A program made the translations under genes and the position numbers. A model generated the notes under the pieces. The model worked only from the letters and a program-made list of their open reading frames with translations. It was not told the DNA's origin and searched no databases. A stretch of DNA of 63,175 nucleotides, filler included, from Lenisia limosa (lineage: Eukaryota > Protista > Breviatea), in the NCBI GenBank assembly GCA_001655205.1. It is 13 parts of 13 records of this genome, joined end to end, with 100 filler letters (N's around TTAATTAATTAA, not from the genome) between each part and the next. Parts side by side here need not be neighbours in the genome. Positions count along the whole stretch, not along the records: positions 27,741 to 46,924 come from LPNZ01006270.1; positions 47,025 to 53,380 come from LPNZ01010367.1; 11 more parts are not named here. One strand, given 5' to 3'. Below are positions 37,720-50,451 of the stretch, one piece after another (position 1 is the stretch's first letter; every line of letters starts with the position of its first letter).

Positions 37720-40700
37720 ATGATGACCTGGAGAGGTTCTATTATTTTAACTATTTTGGCTTTGGCTGTTTCTCTTGTATCGGCTTCGGGAAGAACACCA
37801 GAAGAATGGAAAGACCGGATTATTTACCAGGTTCGGGGTGAGACTGCTTATTCTTCAATGCCATATGCCATCTGATAACCCATTTATCCCTTTTGGCTTC
37901 ATCTTTCTCATTGACTAGGTTTTAACCGATCGGTTCTCGAAAACACCCGGTGAAGATATGTCCAAGATTTGCAAGGGACAGGTGAGCTTGCGTGTCAGTG
38001 TTTCTCTTATCACATTGCAGGGGTATTGTGGAGGAACTTTCATGGGGCTTGTGTCCAAGCTTGACTACATTGAAGCTCTTGGTGCCAATGCGGTGAGGGG
38101 AGAGGGTAAAATAGGAATTTTATGGCGTATGTCATATAGTATATATCACACCGTCCATATATCTAGCAACAAGAGTTTTATGACAATTCTCTTAGTTATA
38201 TGCCATATTTTTAGCAAAATATTTCGAATATTTCAAAAAAGTTCACAGATAGAGGAAAATTCACAGATATATGGACGGTGTGATATATGTGTGGGGGGGG
38301 GGCATTTCTTCTCAATGCAAACTGAAGTATCCGAACATCCGAGGTCTAGAACACTAATAGTTGGAAATTTGGAAGAAGCAGTAAAACGGCTGATATTAGA
38401 AATAAATATGATCAGGCTAAGTAAATGCAAGATTTGTCAATGACACAACTCTGACACTCTAGATCTGGATTTCACCGGTGTTTGATAACTTTGAAGAAGG
38501 GTTCCATGGTACGTCTGTTTCTTAAAGATCTGACATGCAGGTTATTGGCCTCGTGACTTCTTTGCTGTCAATGCCCACTTTGGAACTGAGGATGAGCTTA
38601 GGACCCTGGTTAAGGAGTGCCATAAACGTGATGTGAGCTAAGATTGCTTTTTCACAGTAAAGCTCATTTTATTGGAATTGGTTATAATATATTATGTATT
38701 ATGTATGATATGATATATTGTACATAGCTACGCCAAGAGCACATGCTCCGAAAAGACCTGTAAAATGGCTATTAATCGTTTGGAACAGTTTGAATACCCT
38801 AGATGCCATTTCCACATCGTCATTGTTTTAGATCTGGGTGATGATCGATACTGTTGCAAACCATGCTGGAAGAGACGAAATCGACTCAATCAAGCCTTTT
38901 AACAACCCGGCTCATTATCATTCCTATTGCCTGGTTTGTTTGGGGCGCTCTCAGAGACACTATGAGCAATAGAATATTGTGTATTATCTCGATATAGTAT
39001 TATGTGCAACTTGATACAACTTTTCAGTTCTTGCTTGACACTTGCTTTGATTGGTTTCTTACGTTTACTTTCTAGATTAAAGACTGGAGCAACCAATGGG
39101 AGGTTGAAAATTGCCGCCTTGGTAAGTTCACTTCAGTCTATAAACCCACTGGTAAAATATCAATATCAGTCGAGGACAAGGTGCATCTAGTTTATAAAAC
39201 AGTGCAGGTTTCTTAATTCACCGTCTCTCAACTGATCAATACAGCTGGCCTTCCCGACCTCAAGCAGGAAGTTGACTGGGTGCGTGACAAGCTCATTGAG
39301 TCCGGACAGTGGCTGTTTGACTTCGGAATCGACGGACTGCGTGTCGACACCGTCCCCGAAGTTCCGTCTTGGTTCTGGGATAGATGGTCACAGGTGCGCT
39401 TCTTTGCCTCATAGCTAAACAGTCACTCCCCTGTATAATTCTTGATCAATTTCGATAATAGTTGACCAGAGTATGCTCTTCTCATTTGCCTTGTTTTGGC
39501 CTGATTTGACATTGTAAGGCTATGAACAACACCTACATGATTGGAGAAGTCTATAATGGAGATCCCTCTTACGTTGCTTCTTACCAGGTATGAGTGTAAT
39601 TAATGCTCCGTGTTATTAATTTTCTGAGGAAATTAACTGTAAAAATGAGAAATAAAAGTATCTGAAATGGTGTTATCGTTACAATATAATACCTCACTTC
39701 ACTTTTTGAATTATTTTTTATTTTTCAATTAATTGCACGGAGTACTAGGGGTAATGTATTTCAGGCTAATTGAACTTAAGCGGCTGAGGCTGATTCTTTA
39801 GGGACCCCTCACTTCCGTCCTCTCGTACCCTGCATTCTTCAAGGAACGCAATGCTTTCATTAACGGGTTAGCTGGGATTTTCGGGTCAACAAGGCTTGGA
39901 AATTATCAATATTGTAACATTTGTCAAGAAAAATGTATGAGAACCTCAAGTGTGTAATGTCTCTGAATGGAAAATTCTGCCATTTTATTTTTCACTTGGA
40001 GATTATTTGTTTTCATAATGTTAGTCAGATGCAATCGTTTCACATCGCATATTTTCACGCTCGTAGTGCAAGCATGAAAGAACTGCAGGAGTCAGCAAGT
40101 GATATTCTGGCGCATTTCAAAGACCCGTATCTCATCGGATCATTCGCCGATAATCACGACCAAACAATGTTCCTCAACCTGCAACCGGACTACACCCTTT
40201 ATAAGAACCAGCTTATGACAACTCTCACCTTCATTGGTGTCCCCATCATTTACCAGGGAACTGAGCAAGGTGGGATGATTCTCATAATTAGACTTAAGGG
40301 CAAATAAACCCAGTATTGGTTTGGTCTTTACAAAGTAGTAAAACCTCCTCACAGTATAGGTTATAATGGACCCAATGACCCATGGAACAGAGACTCTATT
40401 TGGCCTAACTACAACACTGAGCATGAAATCTTCCAATTCCTCAGGTTTGTTCGGATTGCAGCCTTTACTGATTTCGTAGCAACACAATAAGTGTTTTGAA
40501 GGAAACCGGGCTTTTGAGAGAGGAGTTCAAGGAAGTCTGGGCTGACAACGACTGTTATGTATGCAAAATGACTTCATTTTATAAATGATTTCTTCTTTCA
40601 TGATTGATATTTATTTCGTTGACTCAGAGTTGTACATCTACCCTCTTTGGGCAATCTACTAACCTTTTAGGTTTACCTCAGAGGTGGTGTGGCTGTTGTG

Positions 40701-40926
40701 GGTGTGAGCAACAGGTCCAAGGGATTCAATGACAAGCGAACTGTTCTGGCAAAGGCCCCTAATGGAACTCAATACTGCGAGAGGTTCGTTGAAAGACTTT
40801 TCTCATGTTCGAATTCCTTTGTATTAACTGTCCAGAATCTCCCACGGCAAAACCACTACAGTCAAAAACGGCTACATGAATGTTTCGTTTGCTGACGGAA
40901 TGCCCATTCTGTACACCCTTTGCTAG
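37720..40926 (+). CDS. Secreted alpha-amylase, GH13 (Taka-amylase-like)
   Basis: Signal peptide; EEWKDRIIYQ/VLTDRF; GGTFMGLVSKLDYIEALG; DTVANH; catalytic regions DGLRVDTVPEV, IGEV and DNHD; GVPIIYQGTEQ; ends DGMPILYTLC*. Confidence 0.95.
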
Positions 40927-41121
40927 ATTGGATCTTGTGAAGCAATACATAACTACAGAAGCGTGATGGTGTACAGCTTCTACCTTTGTATTTCACATTT
41001 CTACATCAGAAAATTCCACACGTCGTCAAATGCTCTCAAACTATTCTTTGTCCAGAGTCATGTGAAATCAGCAAAACATGTATTGAGCATAAGATGACAT
41101 ATTACCATTAGATTTGGCGAA

Positions 41122-44100
41122 TTAGAAGAACTCGGAGACCTTGCGTTGCGACTTTCTGCTGAGGTTGCCGAGGGAGGGCCCTTCGTTAGCTAAAGGGTGA
41201 GGCAAAAGTCTAGAAATGGATAATGAGTTAGGTAATCTCACAAGCTGTCCACAAAACCAGCAATTCCTAAATATCAGTTCCAAAAACGAGAATTTATTGT
41301 TTACAGCCTGTAGTAGGCTCAGTTTCCTGCCCACTTTTGACACTGTTGAGCCTTCTTGGAACGTTCCTATCACGAGCTTGTACCCCAGGCCTTTTCTTAT
41401 CCTGAAAGGTTACAATGTATATTGTTGTAAATCGTGAACTTGGTGTTGTGCTAAAGAAACAGCTTGAGATGAATTAAGCAGCATACAGAGAATTTACCCG
41501 TGGATTTCGAGTTACTTCCTCTGATTTTTCTGAGAACAGCAGAAATCTAATTTGTGAGTACTTGAAGGCGCATCTATTCCATTAAGGAATCCATGATAAG
41601 GCAAAGGCTCAAAAAGGAGACGATAAAGCCTACTTCCTGGGGAGTCTTGGTGATGCCAAGGCTTTTAGCCACGTGTCCAAGATGCAAGGCCTTTTTGTCG
41701 AAAATCGGTTTCAAAGCGACTGGGTACGCTGAATAAGCGCCAAGATAGGCTTGGTAGGCCTGGGGAAGGTAAGACATTGTGCGGACATAAATAGTATATG
41801 ATATCATATGATAGCATTTTTATCAAAAAAAAAAAAAAAACACAGTTAAATATCCTAGGGCAAACCTGGCACNNNNNNNNNNNNNNNNNNNNNNNNNNNN
41901 NNNNNNNNNNNNNNNNGTGGCCTCCTCAGTTGATACGACGTCCTCAAATCGGCGATGCAGGCGCGCAACTACGTTTATGAGCAAGGACTTCACAATAAAT
42001 ATGCTGCTTCATTGGGCACCTTTTAATAATCTCAACAGAAGGGGGGTAGGGGACCACCCGCTTACGCGCCATTTCAGGGTCAGCACTTTCGTCAATGGTC
42101 AACGCACGACGAGCAAGGTCCCCATCAAGGGTGCTAAGGGTAACCTTGAAACGTTAAATCAATTTTCAAAGCCCAAATTGTAACCCAAACGCACATGTAA
42201 ACAACGAAGTAAAAGCCACACGAGAAGAACACAGTTTTAACAACGCACCTTATGCTTGGCAAGAAGAGTCAGATATTCGATCTCAGTGGGTTGAAGGAAG
42301 AGAATTGACTCTCCAACTTCTCCCATTCTTGCTGTTCTTCCGACCTTACAGGTAAAGAACTTTTCACTCGGTTTAGTAAAAGAGAATACAACAAAAGACA
42401 CCTTCCAAGGGTAGATAAGAAGCTATCAAGAGCCTACTCTGTGAATGTATGATTCGGGGTCACCAGGGGGGTCGAATTGGATAATACACGTTACATTGGG
42501 AAGATCCAGACCACGGGCAGCTAAAAAAATGTCATATTATACTTACGTTAATTAGCCAAACAACTGACAGTGATTGTATACATGAAATAAAGACAATATG
42601 CTACCAGATACCCTAATAACCCCGAGAATCAACGGTGCCAAAGCATACCAACATCAGTAGCCAGAAGAATGCCACGATCAGCCTTCACGAAAGTTGTGTA
42701 TACTGCGGTTCTGTCGGACTGGGCCATGCTGCCGTGGAGTCGGAACAATGAGGCTCCGACAAGGCTCGCATTGGCTGAGTGTCAGGAAGGACGCATGAAT
42801 ATGAGTAGAAATGAGAAATATAATAAGGGCTGCGTATGACCAAAGTCATCGACACCAAAAGCATGACTCTTCATTCTTCCTCAATTCAAGTAGTATTTAG
42901 TTCTGTGGGTTTTGAAAAAAAAAAAAAAAAAGCCTNNNNNNNNNNNNNNNNNNNNNNNNNNNNNNNNNNNNNNNNNNNNNNNNNNNNNNNNNNNGTCGCA
43001 CATTTCATCGGGTGGCAACGTTGAAGCAAGGAGTTGATAGTGGAAGTCAACAGCATCACGAGAAGCCATAAAAACGAGAGCCTTGAATTTTGGACTGGTG
43101 GGTGTGAGAGATTTGGACTTGTGCAAGATTCGGCGATGCAAAAGGAGAATACCCACTTCTTCTTGGCCCGAATTCTGAGAATGGCCGTGAGAGTCAAGAG
43201 TCGAAGCTTGAGTGGAACTTCAACGTAGAATTGTTTCAAAGTCTTGGTGGTGAAAATCCATTTATCAATAATTGGATCCAATCAAAGGATCTATGGATCG
43301 AAAATTGAGAATTCAATTTGTATTACATGAAACATTAGTATTAAGTTGCAGATATTTGGTTAATCAAAAAACACAACCCCTCCGGACCTTAGGGGTTCTG
43401 TAGACCTCAGCGGCCATATCAGCAGTTTCGGCTTCCTCCTCCCCTTCTTCAACTGGGGCGCCACACTGCGATGCCGACTCCTTCATTCCTACTTGGTGAC
43501 AAAGGATCGACGTCCAAGGATGATATATAGAGATGAGAAATAAAAGGTTGTATCTGGCCGTCCCAGGAAATGGTTTAGGAATACGAGTGTTTTCAGAAGG
43601 AAACCAAAAGCAGGCAGACCAATGAGAGCGGGGTCGGACAAAGCCATGGCTGCGAGTTGTTGAACGCGGGTGTCGATTGTGGCTGAGCATAAGGCAACCT
43701 AGCATGGTTAAACACCACAAAGAAAGAACTAAAACAAAAATGAACGAATAGTATTATAGTAGTTTGATTATGGTATCCTCGATTATTTATTTGTATCCTA
43801 GGTTCATTACATATGATATATATTCTGAGATCAAGAAAGAAAAAAAATTTTGGAAGAGAAAGCGAGCCTACTTGTACGCCCGCAGTTTTGAGCACGGCAC
43901 CCTGAGCCTGCATGCGGTCTGCTGCGGAGGGCCTAATTCGTGACATCTTGGGGGTGGTTTTTTTGTTGTAAAACTCATGCATTGAACCAGAATTATATGT
44001 AAAGAAGACAAAACTGGACAGATCAAACACCGAACAATATAGTATAGGGGAGGTGCATAATGTAATAATGGTGATATGGAAACTATCTCCTTTTCCAGAA

Positions 44101-46298
44101 AGTATCTAATCATGCCTGTGGAAGTTTTGTCGATTAAGAGGGTTGAGCTAACATGTTTTTTTGCATGAGGGCCTTCTTTTTCTTCGTAATGAACTCAGGA
44201 GGTCTGCGATCCTACATAATAAGCTGAAAATCTTGAGAGAGAAATCAGAAAATAAAAGGACAGTGTAAAAAAACATCCCATATTTCAGGTACATAAGACA
44301 GTTTGAAAACAAAGCAATCAGCAGCCCCGCTATGTTACCTTCAGTTTCTCTTCAATTTCGAGGCCTTGCTTCTTGGTTGAGATGATCTTCAGAATCTCAG
44401 TCAAATCCTTCTCAAATCCTGGGGCATCAGGCTGATAATGAAAATTCATCTTTCAGAAGCCAATCCATGAACAAAAAGAAACGGGGAATACTCCGGTTTT
44501 AAAGTGCTTTGAGAAATATTCTGAGATCAAGTTTGCCCATACTTTCACCCATATTTTACCCTAGTACCCATATCAAGGAGTCGATCAGCCTCATCAAGTA
44601 CAAGTAGCTGCAGGCTTTTGACCGAAAGAGATTCAGTATGGCGAAGATGGTCCAATAAACGTCCGGGGGTTGCAACAAGAATAGTCACACCTGCAATGTC
44701 AATCCGTAAGTTTTCATCTAATGAAAAACAACGTGTCCATCAAGTAAAATGAAGTTATTTCTCTTTCTTACGGTTCCCAAACTTACCCTTGCGTAAACGG
44801 GCCTTTTCGCTCTTTTTCCGTTCACCACCCATGACCAAGCCAGGTACGATGAAGTTGAAGGGACGGCCGACGGACTGAAATGGATAAGAACTACTTCGGT
44901 TCGAAAAAAGACTGAATGTCTCCATAAATCCTCGAAAACTATCGATATTTTACCGGTCGTTTTCAAACCGAAGTGAAGCCCTTAAAGAACACAATCATAA
45001 TATCTGATGAAAATGAAAGCCATCTCCCTATCACACACATCAAAAGAAATAGTGAAGCCCTTAAAGAACACAATCATAATATCTGATGAAAATGAAAGCC
45101 ATCTCCCTATCACACACATCAAAAGAAATAGTGAACCAAAAAAAAACATAAAGTGCTCTTGATGGAAGCAAACCAACCTGAATTACTTCGAAAACTTGAA
45201 GGCCAAGCTCTCTTGTTGGCACAATGACAATACCCATGCACCCGGAGGAGCGATCAACACGTTTTGTACGTGCGGCAGACAGAATACCTTCAATCATGGG
45301 GACAGTGAACGAGAGAGTCTTTCCTGAGCCAGTAGCACTCTTAACAAGAACGTCTTTTCCTGGTTTTTGTAAGCAATGGTATGAAAAAAAAGCATCGCGG
45401 CAAACCTTTGAGAAGATGAGGAATTGCATTCTTTTGGCACCTTGTCATAGACTTAAAACCAAGGGAGTCTGAGTAATTTAGCACAATCTCACAAAAAGAC
45501 ACAAGTCGGAATGCAAAGGCCATTACAGACCTTTAATGTGCTTGGCAAGATTCTCTGATATATCCAGTTGCGCGAACTCAGTAGCAGCAATCACGACACC
45601 ATCACCCCTCGAGGTAGCCACGTGCGACGAGGCAGATGAAATAGCTGTGGCCGTCATGGGACTGATTTAAAAAACAGTATGGTTTTTAAAGACCCAGTCC
45701 ATCATTTTTTACAGCCCAGTTGCTCAATCCACTCAGAAGAAATCAAGAGCGAAAGAATTTATTGTGTACAATAATATATTAATATTATATAAATACTCCA
45801 GACAAAGACATATCCCAATCTTAGCCCCTCATACAAGACTTTGCTTTCTCAACAGTTGGCTCAAGGGCAGAGTCGCGATGTTGGGCTATCTGCCCCTTAA
45901 CACGAAGCCTTTTTCCTGATTTCTTGGGGGCTGCCTTCTTCCCATCATCTTTAGAGTCCTTCCCTTCCTTGATGTTATTGCTTGGTGTCTTCTCAGCCTT
46001 AGCTTCAGATGGGGCTGGTTCTATATAGTGAACAAAACAAAACAAACATCTTTCTGATCCCCTGGCACTCTACTGCCATTCTGACGCCCCTCCACCCACG
46101 TTTCTTCTTGATTGGTCGCTCAGGCTTGGCTTTGGTAAAATCAACAACATTAGACTTCTTCTTCACCTGGGCAACAAGAGGCGAAGAAATCTCGCTTTTC
46201 TCTACGCGGACCCCTTTCTTCTTTGCCGCCATTCTGTCTCTCTTTGCCTGCCTCTTGGCATTGAACCGCTCCTTTGAAGTGAGGCCATCGCCTTCCAT
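41122..46298 (-). CDS. DDX31: DEAD-box RNA helicase DBP7/DDX31
   Basis: Lys-rich N-terminus (MEGDGLT...), [84 protein letters not shown]-terminal KVSEFF*. Confidence 0.92.
43523..43563 (-). repeat. Family C 3' part in a DDX31 intron (sense to the gene)
   Basis: Minus strand gacggccagatacaaccttttatttctcatctcta. Confidence 0.7.
44889..44981. mobile_element. Family A MITE in a DDX31 intron
   Basis: acttcggttcgaaaaaagactgaa...ttcaaaccgaagtgaagccc. Confidence 0.85.
44973..45135 (+). repeat. 79-bp direct tandem duplication (intronic)
   Basis: gtgaagcccttaaagaacac...aaaagaaata starts at 44973 and 45052; gtgaa recurs at 45131. Confidence 0.92.
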
Positions 46299-46508
46299 TT
46301 TGAGGGCGTGGTGGCAAGAAGGGTAAGGTGGTTGCTCCGGTCTATGTCGCCTCTACGTATCACAAAATGCACCGCTGTACAGAAACACTTATCAGAGTTG
46401 CTAGAGAGAAAGAGAATGAAAAGAAGAAAATGGAATGATATATACTCGAAAAAAAAATATCGACAGATGCCCTTCCTCTTCGAAAAGATTTTTCAATTCG
46501 ACTTCAAG

Positions 46509-46924
46509 ATGAACTTAGAGGTATGTCTCAATCTGCTCTTGTGCTCTTGGATAGCAAAACTTACAATAAAGGTGAAGAAGACGATAACGGGGCTTAACAG
46601 CCCCGGAGAGTACACTTTTCCAACGGGCGAAAAGTATGTTGGAGGCTTCAAGGACGGAGCGTTTGATGGCAATGGTACCATGTTCTACCCTTCAGGAACC
46701 CAGTATTCTGCAGAATGGAAGGACGGCAAGGCAATAGAAGTAAGCCACTCGGGACCATAAAACGGCTCCAACTGACGGTCCAATCAGAGAAGGGGGCTGA
46801 TGGTTTAGGGCACAATTACCTTCCCTGACGGCCTTGAATATGCGCCTTCCGATTGGGACTTCTGTACAAAATCGGACCGAAGGTTCCAAGACGAACGTGT
46901 CCAGGGCTTTAAGCCGCTTTGTTG
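46509..46924 (+). CDS. MORN5: MORN repeat-containing protein 5, 3' truncated by a contig end
   Basis: GEYTFPTGEKYVGGFKDGAFDGNGTMFYPSGTQYSAEWKDGKAIE/GTITFPDGLEYAPSDWDFCTKSDRRFQDERVQGFKP matches the MORN5 pattern (..W.YC...DRRF..E...GLKP). Confidence 0.8.
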
Positions 46925-47034
46925 NNNNNNNNNNNNNNNNNNNNNNNNNNNNNNNNNNNNNNNNNNNNTTAATTAATTAANNNNNNNNNNNNNNNNNNNN
47001 NNNNNNNNNNNNNNNNNNNNNNNNCATTTTCCTG

Positions 47035-47110
47035 TGAAATGATTGGGTGATATCTCATATAAACGTGACGGCTTCGGCCAGATACCCCCTTGTTTTATTC
47101 CTCATCTCTA
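47035..47110 (+). repeat. Family C module
   Basis: aaatgattgggtga...gacggcttcggccagatacccccttgttttattcctcatctcta. Confidence 0.8.
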
Positions 47111-47139
47111 CAAATTCCCTATTAATTACCTAGGCATTG

Positions 47140-48000
47140 GAGACGTCAGCGCAGTCACCCATCCAACAAGAGGAGTACAGCAACTTCCTCAATAGAACCG
47201 AGGTATGTTTTGGTTCGATAGAGTTTCACTCAGATCCGAAAAAGACTGGAAAACTATTGATAGTTTTCGAGGATATATCGAGATATTCAGTCTTTTTCTG
47301 GATCGGAGTGTCCCCATATCTTAATTTCTCGATAAATCCTCGAAGACTATCAATATTCTGCAAGCTTTCATTAGTACCTTTGCGCCAATATTCTCTTATT
47401 CCTTCATTTTCTCCTCCTCTTCATTATCATCATCATTGGGCTTTTTTGTTCATGAATTTTCCAATTTTACTCCCCAGGATTTTGATAGGGTTCTGCTTCA
47501 TGGGTGGAGTGATCTGAGCGGAACCGGAACCGATGTGCTACCCCAGGTAAATGGGGTATAGTGTAGATAAATAGAGATAAATAGAGATAAATATAGATAA
47601 ATATAGATAAATATTGATAAATATTGATAAATATTGATAAATATAGAAGGAGTGTTATACCAGATAATTGGAGATAAATAGTGGTAACTGTGTATATACT
47701 CTGCCCCCACCCCCGCCCGCGCACTGNNNNNNNNNNNNNNNNNNNNNNNNNNNNNNNNNNNNNNNNNNNNNNNNNNNNNNNNNNNNNNNNNNNNNNNNNN
47801 NNNNNNNNNNNNNNNNNNNNNNNNNNNNNNNNNNNNNNNNNNNNNNNNNNNNNNNNNNNNNNNNNNNNNNNNNNNNNNNNNNNNNNNNNNNNNNNNNNNN
47901 NNNNNNNNNNNNNNNNNNNNNNNNNNNNNNNNNNNNNNNNNNNNNNNNNNNNNNNNNNNNNNNNNNNNNCTGGATCGAGGAAAAAGGTGGGCTGTTAGTA
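47140..48000 (+). CDS. Unidentified gene, internal exons
   Basis: TSAQSPIQQEEYSNFLNRTE|GT, AG|DFDRVLLHGWSDLSGTGTDVLPQ|GT, WIEEKGGLL|GT. Confidence 0.35.
47221..47315. mobile_element. Family A MITE, diverged
   Basis: gagtttcactcagatccgaaaaagac...gtctttttctggatcggagtg. Confidence 0.7.
47438..47477 (+). repeat. Family B 3' tail forming the acceptor
   Basis: gggcttttttgttcatgaattttccaattttactccccAG|gat. Confidence 0.75.
47563..47645 (+). repeat. 10-bp microsatellite-like array
   Basis: (gataaata(t/g)(a/t)) x8. Confidence 0.9.
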
Positions 48001-48695
48001 TGGGTGTTATTACGAGGTGGTAGGGAATTGTGGGATTTTGTTTCATAAATTCCATTTTTGCTCTCCCGCGATTCTTTTCCCCTCCTCTTCAGTGCATACT
48101 TCGGGTTCTTTCCCCCTCCTCTTCAGTGCATACTTCGGGTTCTTTTCCNNNNNNNNNNNNNNNNNNNNNNNNNNNNNNNNNNNNNNNNNNNNNNNNNNNN
48201 NNNNNNNNNNNNNNNNNNNNNNNNNNNNNNNNNNNNNNNNNNNNNNNNNNNNNNNNNNNNNNNNNNNNNNNNNNNNNNNNNNNNNNNNNNNNNNNNNNNN
48301 NNNNNNNNNNNNNNNNNNNNNNNNNNNNNNNNNNNNNNNNNNNNNNNNNNNNNNNNNNNNNNNNNNNNNNNNNNNNNNTCAATAAGGCCCAAATTTCTCT
48401 CATTTGAGTTTGTGTGTTTAGTTTATGTTGTATTATTATTGTGTTGTCTATTTAGTATTTAAATGTTTTCTGGTATAATTGAGAGTTCACCTTATCACCC
48501 CTATTTTTACATACACTGGCTATGTTTTTTTAAAGAGTAATATACTACATGTGATGTACGACATCGATATACATTAGAAATCAAGGGAAACAATAAATAC
48601 ATAGCGATTCCCTGAAGTTCTGATATGGATATTGATCTTTACTTTAGTCAATCATGACAGGACTTCTCGCAGCACTATTATCCTCCATTGGAGAA

Positions 48696-48789
48696 GGGCT
48701 TCACTTCTGTCCAAAAAAAGACCAGTGAAATAGTGATAGTTTTCGAGGATTATCGAGAGTTTCAGTCTATTGTTCGAACTGGTGAAGCT
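48696..48789. mobile_element. Family A MITE
   Basis: gggcttcacttctgtcc...ttcgaactggtgaagct. Confidence 0.75.
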
Positions 48790-49724
48790 ACCCTTATGGT
48801 TGNNNNNNNNNNNNNNNNNNNNNNNNNNNNNNNNNNNNNNNNNNNNNNNNNNNNNNNNNNNNNNNNNNNNNNNNNNNNNNNNNNNNNNNNNNNNNNNNNN
48901 NNNNNNNNNNNNNNNNNNNNNNNNNNGTTTTGATTTTAATTGCGTGGATTGCGTCCATCATTTCTCCTAGAGCTGCATACACTGCCTAGAGAGATGAGAA
49001 GATTGCATATATTGACATAAAAAAGATACCAAAGTACTGTTGTCCGCCAGCCTTCAATTTTTAGTTTCATAAATTTTCAGTTAACCCCCATCCCCACCTT
49101 CTGTCTGTCTATACGACTGAGTTCCTTAAATATCTCAGACCTAATGGATAATAAGTATGGTATCAGCTGGGAACATTTTTTTAAAGAGTAATATACTACA
49201 TGTGATTTACTACATCGATATACATTAGAAATCAAGGGAAACATATCACAAAGTTCGTCTTTTAAATTGGAAGTTAATTTGTAATAAAAATAAACTCACA
49301 CCCTTCCCCACTCTATTTTGATTTCCACATTCGAACCGCAGCCACTGCTGATATCCACAATTTCCTAAAAGGATGTTAATGTTAAATATTTCCCAAGATG
49401 ACAGAAATGAAACCATAAAAAATATTACTGATATATCTCTAACGTAGATATTATGTCAAACAGATCCCTCAAAAGGATAACGGAAAGTTGTCTTTCCCTG
49501 CGCCTACGAAGAGCGACCAGTTCCAAGATGTACGAAATGTCCCTCTATTACATCCCCACAATCATCTTGTTCACAGACCCCCTCTATTATACAAAAAACC
49601 TCGATTATCCCCGAAGAAAGCCCTAGATACAACCTTCTTGTTTTATTTATTGCTCCGCCCCCATACAATTTTTGCTCCCGGGAAAGCAGGCTCCAATTTG
49701 TCACGAACGCTTTGAATGAAATCC

Positions 49725-49830
49725 GTCATCTGCATCATCAATATGATATCTCTTCATCTGCATCATCAATATGATATATCTTCATTTGCATCATCATTAT
49801 GATATATCTTCATCTGCATCATCAATACAT
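49725..49830 (+). repeat. Tandem repeat, ~30-bp unit
   Basis: (catctgcatcatcaatatgatat(c/a)tctt) x3-4. Confidence 0.85.
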
Positions 49831-49928
49831 AGAGATGAGAAATAAAACAAGGGTATCTGACCGAAGCCGTTCACACCCTCAAAGGAGAGATATTGGATTA
49901 AGTTAAGAAATTCACCCAATCATTTGCC
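49828..49928 (-). repeat. Family C module
   Basis: Minus strand ggcaaatgattgggtgaat...gtgaacggcttcggtcagatacccttgttttatttctcatctcta. Confidence 0.85.
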
Positions 49929-50451
49929 TCACATCTACATGTATCTTCATCTGCATCAACACAAAAATGATATATATATTTGCATCTTCGTCAATCAAAA
50001 ATCATCAACACCAATACAAAGTATCTTTATCTTCATAATAATGAATATGACGAACAAAAAACAAGATATTGCTATAATCCTTAATTATGCCGCCTTGCTG
50101 CCGCCTTCTTTATATACTTACATACATTTTAAAAGGACTTAGTGGCAGAGGAAGAGATTGGGAAGAGAGAAAGAGAGAGAGAAAACAAAATGAAATAGGT
50201 AAATATCCTGGGGATGTGATGTTATCAGCAATCTTTTAAGCTGACTGGAGCAACGCTCACGCTTCTCAGCACACTATTATAATAGCAGGGGAGGGATATA
50301 CGTTGATATTAAGACCTACAGCCCACTAAACCCCAAACCCACCACTTCCCAATCCGACTCGCAGCTGCCCTTCACCATCCACACCCTCCCACAGCCCTGC
50401 ATTATCACGACACAACTCCTAATGATCTTATGAGCGGCTTCCCTTGCTAGA

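Noticed and set aside
44718-44966. Recurrent peptides like IVFEDL / SIIYRFF in several supplied ORFs
   Set aside because: Chance translation of family A DNA.
45820-46298. Separate small lysine-rich gene upstream of DDX31
   Set aside because: Its last exon splices in frame (..KV F PMTAT..) to the helicase exon, so it is treated as the DDX31 N-terminal extension.
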